A stretch of DNA of 64,000 nucleotides from a phage. Both the position numbers and the translations under genes were made by a program. Below are positions 30,243 to 40,016 of the stretch, in pieces; the stretch's first letter is position 1; every line of letters starts with the position of its first letter. The stretch lies in assembly GCA_037574385.1 (NCBI GenBank), contig GCA_037574385.1_4529.1; one strand, 5' to 3'. Under the pieces are notes generated by a model. The model did no database searches. It was not told the DNA's origin and was given only the letters and a program-made list of their open reading frames with translations.

Positions 30243-30265
30243 AGGAGGCTTCGGTCTCCTTTTCG
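30243..30265 (+). terminator. Intrinsic terminator-like hairpin after gene 35
   Basis: + strand GGAGGC-UUCG-GUCUCC followed by UUUUCG. Confidence 0.5.
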
Positions 30266-30267
30266 CG

Positions 30268-30275
30268 TATAAATA
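30268..30275 (+). promoter_or_regulatory. Late promoter (TATAAATA) for gene 36
   Basis: Exact TATAAATA about 27 nt upstream of gene 36 ATG, after the gene 35 terminator hairpin. Confidence 0.6.
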
Positions 30276-30301
30276 CTTTAATATTAATAAGGAGACACGA
30301 A

Positions 30302-30958
30302 ATGGCCGATTTAAAAGCCGGAAGTACAGTTGGTGGTTCCGTCATATGGCATCAAGGCAATTTTCCTTTAATGCCAGCTGGCGATGACATCCTATATAAA
30401 ACATTTAAATTATACACTGAATATAACAAGCCAAAAGCGGCTGATAACGATTTCGTATCTAAAGCAAACGGCGGGACATATCTCAAAAAGGTAATCTTTA
30501 ACGAAGGTGTTGCAGTCAAAACAGCTGATGACCAAACGAATGGTATTTTTTCTGGTGGTGGTGACGCCGCGACATTCGACCAAACAAACATGGATATTGT
30601 TTCGTGGTATGGTATTGGGTTTAAATCATCTCAAGGTACCGGTGAAAGAACTGTTGTAATTGATACTCGCACCGGTAATATAAGTTCTAAAGGCGTTATT
30701 GAAGCATCTCAATTCAGAGCCACAACGTTAGCACCTTTAAATAATTACGACCTTACTCGCAAAGATTATGTTGATAGTCAAATAAATACAGTTAATGCTA
30801 ATGCAAACAGTCGTGTACTCCGTTCAGGAGATACGATGACCGGCGCGCTAACAGCCCCAAACTTTTTCTCACAGAATCCTGCATCTCAACCCGCGCATGT
30901 TCCACGATTTGACCAAATTGTTATTAAGGATTCTGTTCAAGATTTCGGCTATTATTAA
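30302..30958 (+). CDS. 36: Long tail fibre distal connector gp36
   Basis: 218 aa; preceded by TATAAATA late promoter and SD AAGGAGA. Confidence 0.75.
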   Translation: MADLKAGSTVGGSVIWHQGNFPLMPAGDDILYKTFKLYTEYNKPKAADNDFVSKANGGTYLKKVIFNEGVAVKTADDQTNGIFSGGGDAATFDQTNMDIVSWYGIGFKSSQGTGERTVVIDTRTGNISSKGVIEASQFRATTLAPLNNYDLTRKDYVDSQINTVNANANSRVLRSGDTMTGALTAPNFFSQNPASQPAHVPRFDQIVIKDSVQDFGYY

Positions 30959-30966
30959 GAGGACTT

Positions 30967-33900
30967 ATGGCTACTTTAAAACAAATACAATTTAAAAGAA
31001 GCAAAACTGCAGGAGCACGTCCTGCCGCTTCAGTATTAGCCGAAGGTGAATTGGCTATAAACTTAAAAGACCGTGTACTTTTTACCAAAGATGACCAAGG
31101 AAATATTATTGATCTAGGTTTTGCTAAAGGCGGTAGTATTGACGGGAATGTTATTCATACAGGCAATTATAACCAAACCGGCGATTATACTTTAAATGGC
31201 GTCTTCACTCAGACTGGTAATTTTAATTTAACTGGTATTGCTCGAGTAACTCGTGATATTATCGCCGCTGGGCAGATTATGACTGAAGGCGGAGAACTTA
31301 TTACAAAAAGTTCAGGTACAGCACATGTTCGTTTTTTCGATAACAATAGCCGCGAACGTGGAATCATTTATGCCCCGGCTAATGATGGTTTAACTACACA
31401 AGTACTTAATATCAGGGTTCAAGACTACGCCGCTGGTGATGAAAGCACCTATGCATTTTCGGGCAGTGGACTATTTACTTCACCTGAAGTATCAGCATGG
31501 AAATCTATTTCGTCTCCACAAATTCTGACCGACAAAGTTATTACAAATGGGAAGAAGACAGGCGATTATGACATCTATTCATTATCAAATAACACTCCAT
31601 TGGCAGAAAGCGAAACGGCTATTAACCACCTCCGTGTTATGCGAAATGCTGTAGGAGCAGGTATTTTCCACGAAGTTAATGTTAATGACGGAATAACCTG
31701 GTATTCCGGAGATGGCTTAGACACTTATCTTTGGTCGTTTACCTGGTCCGGTGGATTGAAAGCCGGTCATTCTATCGCTGTAGGTCTTCCAGGCGGTCCA
31801 AAAGGATATTCTGAATTAGGAACGGCCTCAATTGTTCTTGGTGATAATGATACCGGATTTAAGTGGCATCAGGATGGATATTTCCATACAGTAAACAACG
31901 GAACAAAAACTTTCATTTACGGTCCTGCGGAAACACAAAGCCTTAGAAAAATGGTTATGGGTTATTCTCCAGATGGGCTTCTTATGACAACGCCACCGAC
32001 AGAAAACTATGCTTTGGCCACTGTTGTTACTTACCATGATAATAACGCATACGGCGACGGTCAAACTCTTTTAGGTTATTACCAAGGTGGTAATTATCAT
32101 CATTATTTCCGCGGTAAGGGTACTACAAACATTAATACTCACGGCGGTTTGTTGGTTACTCCTGGTAATATTGACGTTATTGGCGGTTCTGTTAATATAG
32201 ATGGTAGAAATAATTCTTCTACACTAATGTTTAGAGGCAACACAACAGGATACAGCTCGGTTGATAATATGGATATTAAAGTTTGGGGTAATACGTTTGT
32301 TGATCCAAGCGGAGGTACCCGTAAAAACATTATGGAAATTTCTGATGCAACTAGCTGGATGAGCTATATTCAAAGACTTACTACTGGCGAAGTAGAAATG
32401 AACGTTAATGGTTCATTTGAATCATCTGGTGTTACTGCTGGAGATAGAGGAGTTCACACAACAGGTGAAATTTCATCTGGAGCAGTGAATGCTCTTCGTA
32501 TTTGGAACGCAGATTATGGAGCCATTTTTAGACGTTCAGAAGGCAGTCTTCATATTATTCCAACTGCTTATGGTGAAGGTAAACACGGTGATATCGGTCC
32601 ACTTCGCCCGTTTAGTATGGCTTTAGATACTGGTAAAGTTACTATTCCAGATTTACAATCAAGTTACAATACGTTTGCTGCGAATGGCTATATTAAATTT
32701 GTTGGTCATGGAGCAGGCGCTGGTGGTTATGATATTCAATATGTTCAAGCAGCTCCTATTTTCCAGGAAATTGACGATGATGCTATAAACAAATATTATC
32801 CTATTGTTAAACAGAAGTTTTTAAACAGTAAAGCTGTTTGGTCTTTAGGTACTGAAATTAATTCGGGTACATTTGTTTTACACCATATCAAAGAAGATGG
32901 TTCACAAGGCCATACATCAAGATTTAACGCTGACGGTACAGTTAACTTCCCGGATAACGTTCAAGTCGGTGGCGGTGAAGCTACTATTGCTCGCAATGGT
33001 AATATCTGGTCTGATATCTGGAAAACGTTTACTTCTGCCGGTGATACTACAAATATTCGCGATGCTATTGCGACTCGTGTTTCGAAAGAAGGCGACACGA
33101 TGACCGGCAAATTGACTTTATCTGCAGGTAACGATGCCCTTGTTTTAACTGCAGGTGCTGGTGCTTCATCACATATCCGTAGTGATGTAGGTGGTACAGG
33201 TAATTGGTATATAGGCAAAGGCGGTGCCGACAATGGTCTAGGTTTTTACAGTTACATTACACAAGGCGGTGTATACATAACAAATACCGGTGAAATATCG
33301 CTTTCTCCTCAAGGACAAGGAACATTTAATTTTAATAGAGACCGCCTTTATATAAATGCTAGTCAATGGGTTGCACATAAATCTGGCGCTTGGGGCGACC
33401 AATGGGGCTTAGAAGCTCCTGTATTTGTGGATTTTGGCTACGTCGGTAATGATAGTTATTATCCTATTATCAAAGGAAAATCAGTTATTACTAATGAAGG
33501 ATTTGTATCAGGCGTTGATTTTGGTATGCGCCGTACCCCTAATATGTGGGCACAAGGTATTATCCGTGTAGGCAACCAGGAAAACGGTTCAGACCCACAA
33601 GCCATCTATGAATTCCACAGTAACGGTACTTTTTATGCCCCTAGCCTACTTAAGAGCAATAGAGTATCAGCAGGTGGCGGTGACCCCGTATGGGCCGGGC
33701 CATGTATTGTTCTTGGCGATAATGACACAGGTCTAGTTTGGGAAGCAGATGGTATTTTCAACGCATACGCAAACGGACAAGGCGTGTTTAGTTTTAGAGC
33801 TGGTCTCGCACAAACATTTGGTAACGTATCTTTAAACGTTAACGCAGGTATGTATGTTCGTGATAACATTGATGTTAACGACGTTTATATCCGTTCTGAT

Positions 33901-34215
33901 ATTCGCTGTAAGTCAGAAATTAAGCTTATTAAGAACGCTCAAGAGAAATCTAAACTCTTAGGCGGCTATACTTATCTGCTTAAAAACTCTGTTACAGACG
34001 AAGTTAAACCATCTGCAGGTTTAATTGCTCAGGAAGTTCAAGAAGTATTGCCTGAACTTGTTTCTGAAGATAAAGAGACCGGACTGCTTCGTTTGAACTA
34101 TAACGGTATTATTGGTTTAAATACTGCCACTATCAACGAGCATACTGACGAAATCAAGGAATTGAAATCTGAAATTGCTGAGTTGAAAGCATTAATTAAA
34201 TCATTGATAAAATAA
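30967..34215 (+). CDS. 37: Long tail fibre distal subunit gp37 with C-terminal intramolecular chaperone domain
   Basis: 1082 aa; C-terminus carries the SD-R-K auto-cleaving chaperone-type motif (SDIRCKSEIK ... GLIAQEVQEVLPELV ... coiled-coil tail). Confidence 0.8.
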   Translation: MATLKQIQFKRSKTAGARPAASVLAEGELAINLKDRVLFTKDDQGNIIDLGFAKGGSIDGNVIHTGNYNQTGDYTLNGVFTQTGNFNLTGIARVTRDIIAAGQIMTEGGELITKSSGTAHVRFFDNNSRERGIIYAPANDGLTTQVLNIRVQDYAAGDESTYAFSGSGLFTSPEVSAWKSISSPQILTDKVITNGKKTGDYDIYSLSNNTPLAESETAINHLRVMRNAVGAGIFHEVNVNDGITWYSGDGLDTYLWSFTWSGGLKAGHSIAVGLPGGPKGYSELGTASIVLGDNDTGFKWHQDGYFHTVNNGTKTFIYGPAETQSLRKMVMGYSPDGLLMTTPPTENYALATVVTYHDNNAYGDGQTLLGYYQGGNYHHYFRGKGTTNINTHGGLLVTPGNIDVIGGSVNIDGRNNSSTLMFRGNTTGYSSVDNMDIKVWGNTFVDPSGGTRKNIMEISDATSWMSYIQRLTTGEVEMNVNGSFESSGVTAGDRGVHTTGEISSGAVNALRIWNADYGAIFRRSEGSLHIIPTAYGEGKHGDIGPLRPFSMALDTGKVTIPDLQSSYNTFAANGYIKFVGHGAGAGGYDIQYVQAAPIFQEIDDDAINKYYPIVKQKFLNSKAVWSLGTEINSGTFVLHHIKEDGSQGHTSRFNADGTVNFPDNVQVGGGEATIARNGNIWSDIWKTFTSAGDTTNIRDAIATRVSKEGDTMTGKLTLSAGNDALVLTAGAGASSHIRSDVGGTGNWYIGKGGADNGLGFYSYITQGGVYITNTGEISLSPQGQGTFNFNRDRLYINASQWVAHKSGAWGDQWGLEAPVFVDFGYVGNDSYYPIIKGKSVITNEGFVSGVDFGMRRTPNMWAQGIIRVGNQENGSDPQAIYEFHSNGTFYAPSLLKSNRVSAGGGDPVWAGPCIVLGDNDTGLVWEADGIFNAYANGQGVFSFRAGLAQTFGNVSLNVNAGMYVRDNIDVNDVYIRSDIRCKSEIKLIKNAQEKSKLLGGYTYLLKNSVTDEVKPSAGLIAQEVQEVLPELVSEDKETGLLRLNYNGIIGLNTATINEHTDEIKELKSEIAELKALIKSLIK

Positions 34216-34220
34216 TAAAA

Positions 34221-34240
34221 GGGCCTTCGGGCCCTGGAGG
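34221..34240 (+). terminator. UUCG-tetraloop hairpin after gene 37
   Basis: + strand GGGCC-UUCG-GGCCC, followed by SD GGAGG of gene 38. Confidence 0.5.
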
Positions 34241-34245
34241 TTTTT

Positions 34246-35025
34246 ATGGCAGTAGTAGGAATACCTGGTTGGATTGGAACATCAGCAGTGGCTGAAACAG
34301 GTCAACGTTGGATGTCAGCAGCTTCTAGAGAATTACGTCTAGGGAACCCATCTTGGATGTCACAATTCGCTGGACGTTCAAGAGAAATTATTCACACTCT
34401 TGGAGCAGACCATAACTTTAATGGTCAATGGTTCCGTGACCGCTGTTTTGAAGCCGGTGGCGCTCCTATAGTGTTTAATATCACAGGCAACTTAGTATCA
34501 TATTCTAAAGACGTTCCTTTATTCTTCATGTATGGTGATACTCCTAACGAATATGTTACTTTGAATATTCATGGTGGTGTTCATATGTGGGGCCGAGGTG
34601 GTAATGGTAGCGTAAATGGAAGCCCAGGCACTAATGGCGGCGACGTAATCCAAAATGATATTGGTGGACGACTTCGCATTTGGAACTATGGCGTTATTGC
34701 ATCAGGTGGCGGTGGCGGGGGTGCAGTGTCGTTAAAGAATAGCTGGGATGCGTATGCTACAGCTGGTGGTGGCGGTGGCAGGCCATTTGGTCTTGGCGGC
34801 GGCGGTGTTAATTGGCCTGGTGGCAATGCTAGTTATGACGGTCCAGGTGGTGGCGGTAATACAAGTCAATTTGGTGGCGGCAATGGCGGTGATGCTGGGG
34901 GTGCTGGTGGTGACGGATGGGGCAGTCACTTATCTAGATCTGGGGGTGGTGCTCCTGGTAGAGCAGTATTCGGAAGTTCACCTTCATGGGGTGCTACAGG
35001 CACAATCTACGGCTCCTGGATTTAA
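34246..35025 (+). CDS. 38: Tail fibre tip adhesin gp38 (T2-type, glycine-rich motifs)
   Basis: 259 aa; multiple poly-Gly blocks (GGGGGG, GGGGG, GGGG) separating short variable segments, as in T2-family gp38 adhesins. Confidence 0.75.
   Translation: MAVVGIPGWIGTSAVAETGQRWMSAASRELRLGNPSWMSQFAGRSREIIHTLGADHNFNGQWFRDRCFEAGGAPIVFNITGNLVSYSKDVPLFFMYGDTPNEYVTLNIHGGVHMWGRGGNGSVNGSPGTNGGDVIQNDIGGRLRIWNYGVIASGGGGGGAVSLKNSWDAYATAGGGGGRPFGLGGGGVNWPGGNASYDGPGGGGNTSQFGGGNGGDAGGAGGDGWGSHLSRSGGGAPGRAVFGSSPSWGATGTIYGSWI
34660..34960 (+). repeat. Glycine-codon-rich low-complexity segments in gene 38 (GGTGGCGG-type repeats)
   Basis: Poly-Gly runs encoded by repeated GGT/GGC; this also explains the spurious overlapping ORFs on both strands here. 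Confidence 0.6.
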
Positions 35026-35044
35026 ACGATAATACCTCTCAATT

Positions 35045-35052
35045 ATAAATAT
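35045..35052 (+). promoter_or_regulatory. Late promoter (TATAAATA) for holin t
   Basis: Exact TATAAATA immediately upstream of SD GGGAGG and the t start codon. Confidence 0.6.
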
Positions 35053-35058
35053 TGATAA

Positions 35059-35730
35059 ATGGGAGGTAATATGGCAGCACCAAAAGTATCATTTTCGCCT
35101 AGTGATATTTTATTTGGGTTGCTAGACCGCATTTTCAAAGATAACGCCTCTGGAAATATTCTTATTTCCAGAGTTGCTGTTGTAGTTCTTTTGTTCCTAA
35201 TGGCACTAATATGGTACAAAGGGAGTATTTTTATGGATTATTACGTGAGGTCGAAATATGATACTTACACAGAAGTAATTCAAAAAGAAAGAAATACACG
35301 ATTTGAATCTGCGGCTTTAGAACAACTACAAATAGTCCACGTCACATCAAGGGCGGATTTTAGTTCGGTGTATTCTTTCAGACCTAAAAATCTAAATTAT
35401 TTCGTCGACCTTATTGCGTATGAAGGTAAGTTACCTAGCACAGTAACTGAAAAATCTATGGGAGGATTTCCTGTCGATAAAACTACAGCAGAATATTCGG
35501 TCCATTTAAGTGGACTTCACTTTACTTCTAAAACAGATTTTGCTTTCTTACCTACCAAATCAAAAACTCCGGAACTGGCATATATGTATAGTTGTCCTTA
35601 CTTCAATTTGGATAACATATATGCTGGAACTGTTTCTATGTATTGGTATAAGGGGTCGGATGTGTTAAATGAAGAACGCTTGGCAGCAATATGCAACCAA
35701 GCAGCAAGGATATTAGGGCGGGCTAAATAA
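35059..35730 (+). CDS. t: Holin T
   Basis: 223 aa; close match to T4 T holin (SFSPSDILFG.LDR.FKDNA.G, YMYSCPYFNLDNIYAGT, AARILGRAK). Confidence 0.9.
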   Translation: MGGNMAAPKVSFSPSDILFGLLDRIFKDNASGNILISRVAVVVLLFLMALIWYKGSIFMDYYVRSKYDTYTEVIQKERNTRFESAALEQLQIVHVTSRADFSSVYSFRPKNLNYFVDLIAYEGKLPSTVTEKSMGGFPVDKTTAEYSVHLSGLHFTSKTDFAFLPTKSKTPELAYMYSCPYFNLDNIYAGTVSMYWYKGSDVLNEERLAAICNQAARILGRAK

Positions 35731-36003
35731 TTAGTTGTTAGAATACATCGTCAAATGGCGATAAATATTTTCAAAACCTTCATTGAATTCACTAATCAGT
35801 GTTTTCTTTTCTTCGGCAGTTAAATTTGTAATTAGTTTTCTGAACGAATTCTGATTTAGCTGCCGACCATCTTTTTTAATTCCAATCTCATTCAAGAATC
35901 CGATGAAATTTGCTCGGTCTTCAACAATATCTTCCCTAGAGAATTTAATCAAAATAGAAGCAATAGTAATAATTTCACGTACGATTTCAATGTCTTTATT
36001 CAT
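35731..36003 (-). CDS. asiA: Anti-sigma-70 factor AsiA
   Basis: 90 aa, same as T4 AsiA; near-identical sequence (VREIIT.ASILIKFSREDIVE.RANFI.FLNEIG). Confidence 0.9.
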   Translation of the reverse strand: MNKDIEIVREIITIASILIKFSREDIVEDRANFIGFLNEIGIKKDGRQLNQNSFRKLITNLTAEEKKTLISEFNEGFENIYRHLTMYSNN

Positions 36004-36009
36004 AACGTT

Positions 36010-36065
36010 TTATTCATTCCATTTGGTTGATACGAGTATAGTACCATTATCAGTGTTGATTGTAA
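36010..36065 (-). promoter_or_regulatory. Early promoter module upstream of asiA
   Basis: GTTTACAATCAACACTGATAATGGTACTATACTCGTATCAACC...ATG. Confidence 0.5.
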
Positions 36066-36250
36066 ACAGCTTTTTCTACACTTTTAACGTAATCAATGTA
36101 GTCTTCCTGTTCATACGAGTGTAAGGCCAAGAACGTGGCTAATAGTTCATTATAGACTAAAGCCTCACGCTCACGTTCTGCCTCTACTACGTTCTGAAGA
36201 TTATGGCTCATATCATTCCTTATAACTATCAATGTAGTCCTGTATGTCAA
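36050..36250 (-). CDS. Hypothetical protein
   Basis: 66-aa ORF between asiA and the arn candidate. Confidence 0.4.
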   Translation of the reverse strand: MTYRTTLIVIRNDMSHNLQNVVEAEREREALVYNELLATFLALHSYEQEDYIDYVKSVEKAVYNQH

Positions 36251-36500
36251 AGAATGACATTTCGTATTCTAGGACATTAAGAGCCCGTTCTTCAGTATAG
36301 TCAGAACCAAAGACGATAGTGATTTCACCAGGCTTCATATGATTGAAATCGACACTAAAAGGAATACGAGAACATACTTCGTCTGCCATATCTGCAACAA
36401 CACTACGATATACTTCTCGGTTAACCTGATAAAGCTCTGCAAGTTCTTCACAACGAATAACAAGTTCAGTGGCAGGATTTTCTTTGATTTTAGTAAGCAT
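36213..36500 (-). CDS. Acidic small protein; positional candidate for Arn (anti-restriction, McrBC inhibitor)
   Basis: 95 aa (T4 Arn 92 aa), strongly acidic; lies between asiA and motA as arn does in T4. Identity unverified. Confidence 0.4.
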   Translation of the reverse strand: MLTKIKENPATELVIRCEELAELYQVNREVYRSVVADMADEVCSRIPFSVDFNHMKPGEITIVFGSDYTEERALNVLEYEMSFFDIQDYIDSYKE

Positions 36501-36574
36501 AGTCTTTACCCTTATGTTTTTGTTTGCGTTTAGATTGAAGTTCTGATTTCTTCTTGTCCTTATGGACAGAAGCC

Positions 36575-36802
36575 TTATTGAAATCGTGTTTTGCTACAAG
36601 ATTGTTCATAATGATTTATAACCTCATTTAAACATTTATCGGTAAAAGAAAACTTTTTAGCCACAGAACATTCGATAATGTGCTCTTTCAAATCTTTAGG
36701 GTCGGTATAACCCATCTCAGTAATAAAGTGGCGAATTAAAGCTTTATTCTTATCATTAACAGAATTAAAATAATCTGCTTTAGAATCAATTATTCTCATC
36801 AT
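36575..36802 (-). CDS. Hypothetical protein
   Basis: 75-aa ORF. Confidence 0.45.
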   Translation of the reverse strand: MMRIIDSKADYFNSVNDKNKALIRHFITEMGYTDPKDLKEHIIECSVAKKFSFTDKCLNEVINHYEQSCSKTRFQ

Positions 36803-37067
36803 CTAATTTCCTTAATTGATATTGCAGCGAGCTAATAATTTCTTCGTTCATTTTAATATACATGTCACGCAAGAAAGGTTTTAACCCTTCACGAATAATT
36901 GCTAATGTGTCACCTTTACATAGATTGACCAAATAAGGGTGATCTAAAGCGTCCCAACCAGGCTGATTAGCATACATGCCATAGTTTTCTTCCATCATAT
37001 GATTAAGACGTTTGATATCTTGGATACGTGATTCAATAGCATCTTTCTGGAGTTGTTTAATATTCAT
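36786..37067 (-). CDS. Hypothetical protein
   Basis: 93-aa ORF. Confidence 0.45.
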   Translation of the reverse strand: MNIKQLQKDAIESRIQDIKRLNHMMEENYGMYANQPGWDALDHPYLVNLCKGDTLAIIREGLKPFLRDMYIKMNEEIISSLQYQLRKLDDENN

Positions 37068-37528
37068 TAATAAAGGTCCTCTGAATAAAGTTCTTTCTCA
37101 CTTCCACCACGTTCAATACGTACCTGTCCAGCATACGTTGCAATAATCATTGCTTCTTCACGAGTCCAGTAATTAGAGTATTGGTCAATAAAGCCTTGGT
37201 CGTCGCCACAAACTTGTTGCGAGACTAATTGAGGACCAACTATATCAAGTACTTCAGCCATATCTTTAGAGTAATGACGAACTCCAGGAATAACCAGAGT
37301 TCCACCACTCTTCAATTTAAACCTATTAGCTGCACATACTATAACACGTTGAACTTTTTGGTCATTGTTCCAATAGCACGTTTGCCAACAGATTTCAGGA
37401 ACTTCATTCATTATATCATCAGCAGAATAATTATAACCGTAGGACTGGAATTTTTCTGCTAGACTTTCAGGAGTCTCACGAGACAAGGCTAAATCTAATA
37501 GCTCTAAGCGTTCTTTAAATGATTTCAT
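37067..37528 (-). CDS. Hypothetical protein
   Basis: 153-aa ORF, Cys-containing (CWQTCYWNN ... VCAAN ... VCGDD). Confidence 0.5.
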   Translation of the reverse strand: MKSFKERLELLDLALSRETPESLAEKFQSYGYNYSADDIMNEVPEICWQTCYWNNDQKVQRVIVCAANRFKLKSGGTLVIPGVRHYSKDMAEVLDIVGPQLVSQQVCGDDQGFIDQYSNYWTREEAMIIATYAGQVRIERGGSEKELYSEDLY

Positions 37529-37854
37529 TTAAACCATTCCTTAATACGTTGCCAAATAGATTTTTGTGCTTGTTTATTTACACCAATCGAACGAATAACC
37601 GGTTGTGACTGCTGATATTCTTTATAATCTTCTTTATAGATTTCGTAAGCTGCATCAACAAATGAACTGATCGCTGCCATGTAGTTTTTACGAAGGCCAA
37701 ATGGCGCATCATTATTTTCACGAATAACCATATATTGGCCTGCTTTAATCTTTACAATTGTCCCTAAATAAGCCCCGTGGTACCAAATATCCCATCCTTC
37801 CTGAGTAGGTTCTGCACATTTACGAAGTTCGTTAATAATATTCAGCTTATTCAT
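37525..37854 (-). CDS. Hypothetical protein
   Basis: 109-aa ORF, 4-nt overlap with downstream gene. Confidence 0.5.
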   Translation of the reverse strand: MNKLNIINELRKCAEPTQEGWDIWYHGAYLGTIVKIKAGQYMVIRENNDAPFGLRKNYMAAISSFVDAAYEIYKEDYKEYQQSQPVIRSIGVNKQAQKSIWQRIKEWFK

Positions 37855-37864
37855 TATGTATTCC

Positions 37865-38497
37865 TCACAGTACGTTAGTTACAAGGGTAATGATTTCTTT
37901 GGACACATTAGGGAAGTCAATGTAAGTATATTTACCACCGATCTTAATCTTAACATCATTTTCAAGAGAAGTAAACAGCTTTGATTCAGCTTCTGACATG
38001 TTGTATGCAAAGATTCTAAGAGCGCCATCTCGTCGAATTTCAATTTGGCGAATACCTAGAACTCGTTTTGCAAATCGAACTTCCAAGTTACTACGGTTTT
38101 CACCAATTTCTTTAACTTCAACTTTATCTTTAATATTTTCAAAAACAAAGTTTGCTAATTCATGCATTTCAGGAGTAACTCCACGTGCTTTTCTAGTGTT
38201 ACGTTTCTGAAGAAGTTCTGGAGCATTTTCTTGAGCAAATAGGTCTGCAGCTTTTTGGATAATATCCATTGCTTCGCCGGTTGCCACAAGTCCATCACCG
38301 GATTTTTCGACTAAACCTTTCTTAATCAATACACCAATGTTAGAGTTAACAACTGATGCGTTGTATTCTGCTTCCAGAGCTTCACGGACATTGGCAGCAG
38401 TGGTGAAGTTGTTCTTAATGATATAAACCATTATTGCCGCAGTTTTTTCATTCAGAGCGTTTTCAGAAGCTTTGATGATGTAAGTAACTTTAGACAT
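37865..38497 (-). CDS. motA: Middle-transcription activator MotA
   Basis: 210 aa (T4 MotA 211 aa); N-terminus MSKVTYIIKAS..LNEKTA and NSNIGVLIKKGLVEKSGDGL match T4 MotA. Confidence 0.8.
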   Translation of the reverse strand: MSKVTYIIKASENALNEKTAAIMVYIIKNNFTTAANVREALEAEYNASVVNSNIGVLIKKGLVEKSGDGLVATGEAMDIIQKAADLFAQENAPELLQKRNTRKARGVTPEMHELANFVFENIKDKVEVKEIGENRSNLEVRFAKRVLGIRQIEIRRDGALRIFAYNMSEAESKLFTSLENDVKIKIGGKYTYIDFPNVSKEIITLVTNVL

Positions 38498-38536
38498 TTT
38501 ATTTCTCCAATTTGGTTGTTTTGTTTTGATAGGTCT

Positions 38537-38565
38537 ATAATATCACGTTTGAAGCACGTGTAAAC
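38537..38565 (-). promoter_or_regulatory. Early promoter module upstream of motA
   Basis: GTTTACACGTGCTTCAAACGTGATATTATAGACCTATC; inverted repeat CACGTG..ACGTG in spacer. Confidence 0.5.
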
Positions 38566-38574
38566 TGTTTTATG

Positions 38575-38609
38575 AGAAAAAAAAATGCACAAAAGGGAGC
38601 TTCGGCTCC
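38575..38609 (-). terminator. Intrinsic terminator after gene 52 (hairpin plus U-tract)
   Basis: - strand GGGAGC-CGAA-GCUCCC followed by UUUUGUGCAUUUUUUUUUUCUC. Confidence 0.55.
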
Positions 38610-38686
38610 CTAATCGTGATTGTCCAACCAATACAGCCAAATCACTAGTGCAGCTATTGCACCGAGAAATCCTAAGGCTAAGGCAC

Positions 38687-40012
38687 TCAAAGTGCCTCCA
38701 AGTCTTTAGTGTACTCTGTCACAACATCGGTAGACTTCCAATACTCATTTTCTTCTTTCTTAGCTTTAGCTTCTTCTGCTAGTTTACGTGCTTCATCGGA
38801 AGTGATATGGAAGATGTTAAGACCTACCAGTTTATCAACATGTTCTTTATACATTTCGATTTGTGCTAGCTCTTCAGTCAAAGCTTTACGAGTCTTGCCC
38901 TGAATCACAATTTCACCACTGATAACTTTTTTGATGAAGTGTGCCTTAGCAAAAGCAAGTTTAAATGCTTTTTCAGATTCAAGGATTTTGTTGTCAATAC
39001 GTTTCTGAACGTAAGTCTTACGGACTTCAACAAAATCTTTGATTAAGTCTACTACATTATCGTAGACCGCTAATTTACCTTTTTCATTAATCACTGTGAT
39101 GTTTTGTGAACGACGTTCGATGAGACTAAAATCTTTCATGATTTTTTCATGACGTAGCTCTTCATCGTCTGGAAGCGAGTACTCTTTACGGAACTTCACC
39201 TTAAACCCAAATCCATGTTCACCACAATCATCTTCCCATGAGATTAGACCTTTATCTTCTAATGGGTCAAGAACCTTACTCACATACGTTTCACGGTCGA
39301 ATTTATATGGGATTTCAGTTATCTGCATTTGAGTACGAGATGTGAACTTATATGTTCCGTGAATCTCATAACGCCCATCAACTTCATGTACTTCACCACG
39401 GAATTCCGGGAATTCAACTTTTGGCTTAGTGACATTTTTACCTTGAAGAGCTTGTAATACAGCCTTTTTGACTGATTTAAAACTATGAGGCAGAATATTT
39501 GTTGCATAACCGGTTGCAATACCGGAGACACCATTCAAAAGAACTGTCGGAATAATAGGAAGATAGAATTTTGGTGGAATATGTTCTTTATCTTCATGAG
39601 TTGGAGCATATTCGGTATCTTTATAGACATTATAGAAATTTTTGCTTACACGAGCAAAAATATAACGAGATGCCGCAGCTTTTTGGACTGTTCTAGAACC
39701 AAAGTTGCCTTGGCCATCTAACAGTGGATAGTTGTTGTTCCATGTGTTAGCCATTAATGCACCTGCATCTTGTGCAGAAGATTCACCATGGTGATAACCT
39801 AAATCTGCAACACCACCCGCAATTGACGCAAGTTTATGAAATTTTTCTTTATTACCACGAGCCAAATCTAACGCACGATGGACCACAAAACGTTGAACCG
39901 GCTTAAATCCATCAATCATGTTTGGGATTGCACGGTTTTCAACGGTGTACATCGCATATGCTAAGGCTTCGTTATCAATAATACTTTTTAGATTACGAGA
40001 ATTCAATTGCAT
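38687..40012 (-). CDS. 52: DNA topoisomerase II medium subunit gp52 (GyrA-like)
   Basis: 441 aa (T4 gp52 442 aa); GyrA-like N-terminal region; position next to motA. Confidence 0.8.
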   Translation of the reverse strand: MQLNSRNLKSIIDNEALAYAMYTVENRAIPNMIDGFKPVQRFVVHRALDLARGNKEKFHKLASIAGGVADLGYHHGESSAQDAGALMANTWNNNYPLLDGQGNFGSRTVQKAAASRYIFARVSKNFYNVYKDTEYAPTHEDKEHIPPKFYLPIIPTVLLNGVSGIATGYATNILPHSFKSVKKAVLQALQGKNVTKPKVEFPEFRGEVHEVDGRYEIHGTYKFTSRTQMQITEIPYKFDRETYVSKVLDPLEDKGLISWEDDCGEHGFGFKVKFRKEYSLPDDEELRHEKIMKDFSLIERRSQNITVINEKGKLAVYDNVVDLIKDFVEVRKTYVQKRIDNKILESEKAFKLAFAKAHFIKKVISGEIVIQGKTRKALTEELAQIEMYKEHVDKLVGLNIFHITSDEARKLAEEAKAKKEENEYWKSTDVVTEYTKDLEAL

Positions 40013-40016
40013 ATTT

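Noticed and set aside
34660-35032. Repeated GGTGGCGG units and overlapping ORFs 34732..34929 (-) and 34748..35032 (+), possible CRISPR-like repeat or extra gene
   Set aside because: The repeats are glycine codons of the gp38 adhesin with irregular spacing and no spacer architecture; the overlapping ORFs are artefacts of the GC-rich Gly-coding stretch.
36490-36609. Possible 39-aa basic ORF (MNNLVAKHDFNKASVHKDKKK...) overlapping the ends of two tracked genes
   Set aside because: It overlaps both neighbours substantially and lacks a clear SD; insufficient support.
38585-38782. + strand ORF 38585..38782
   Set aside because: Starts inside the gene 52 terminator hairpin and runs antisense into gene 52; no SD.
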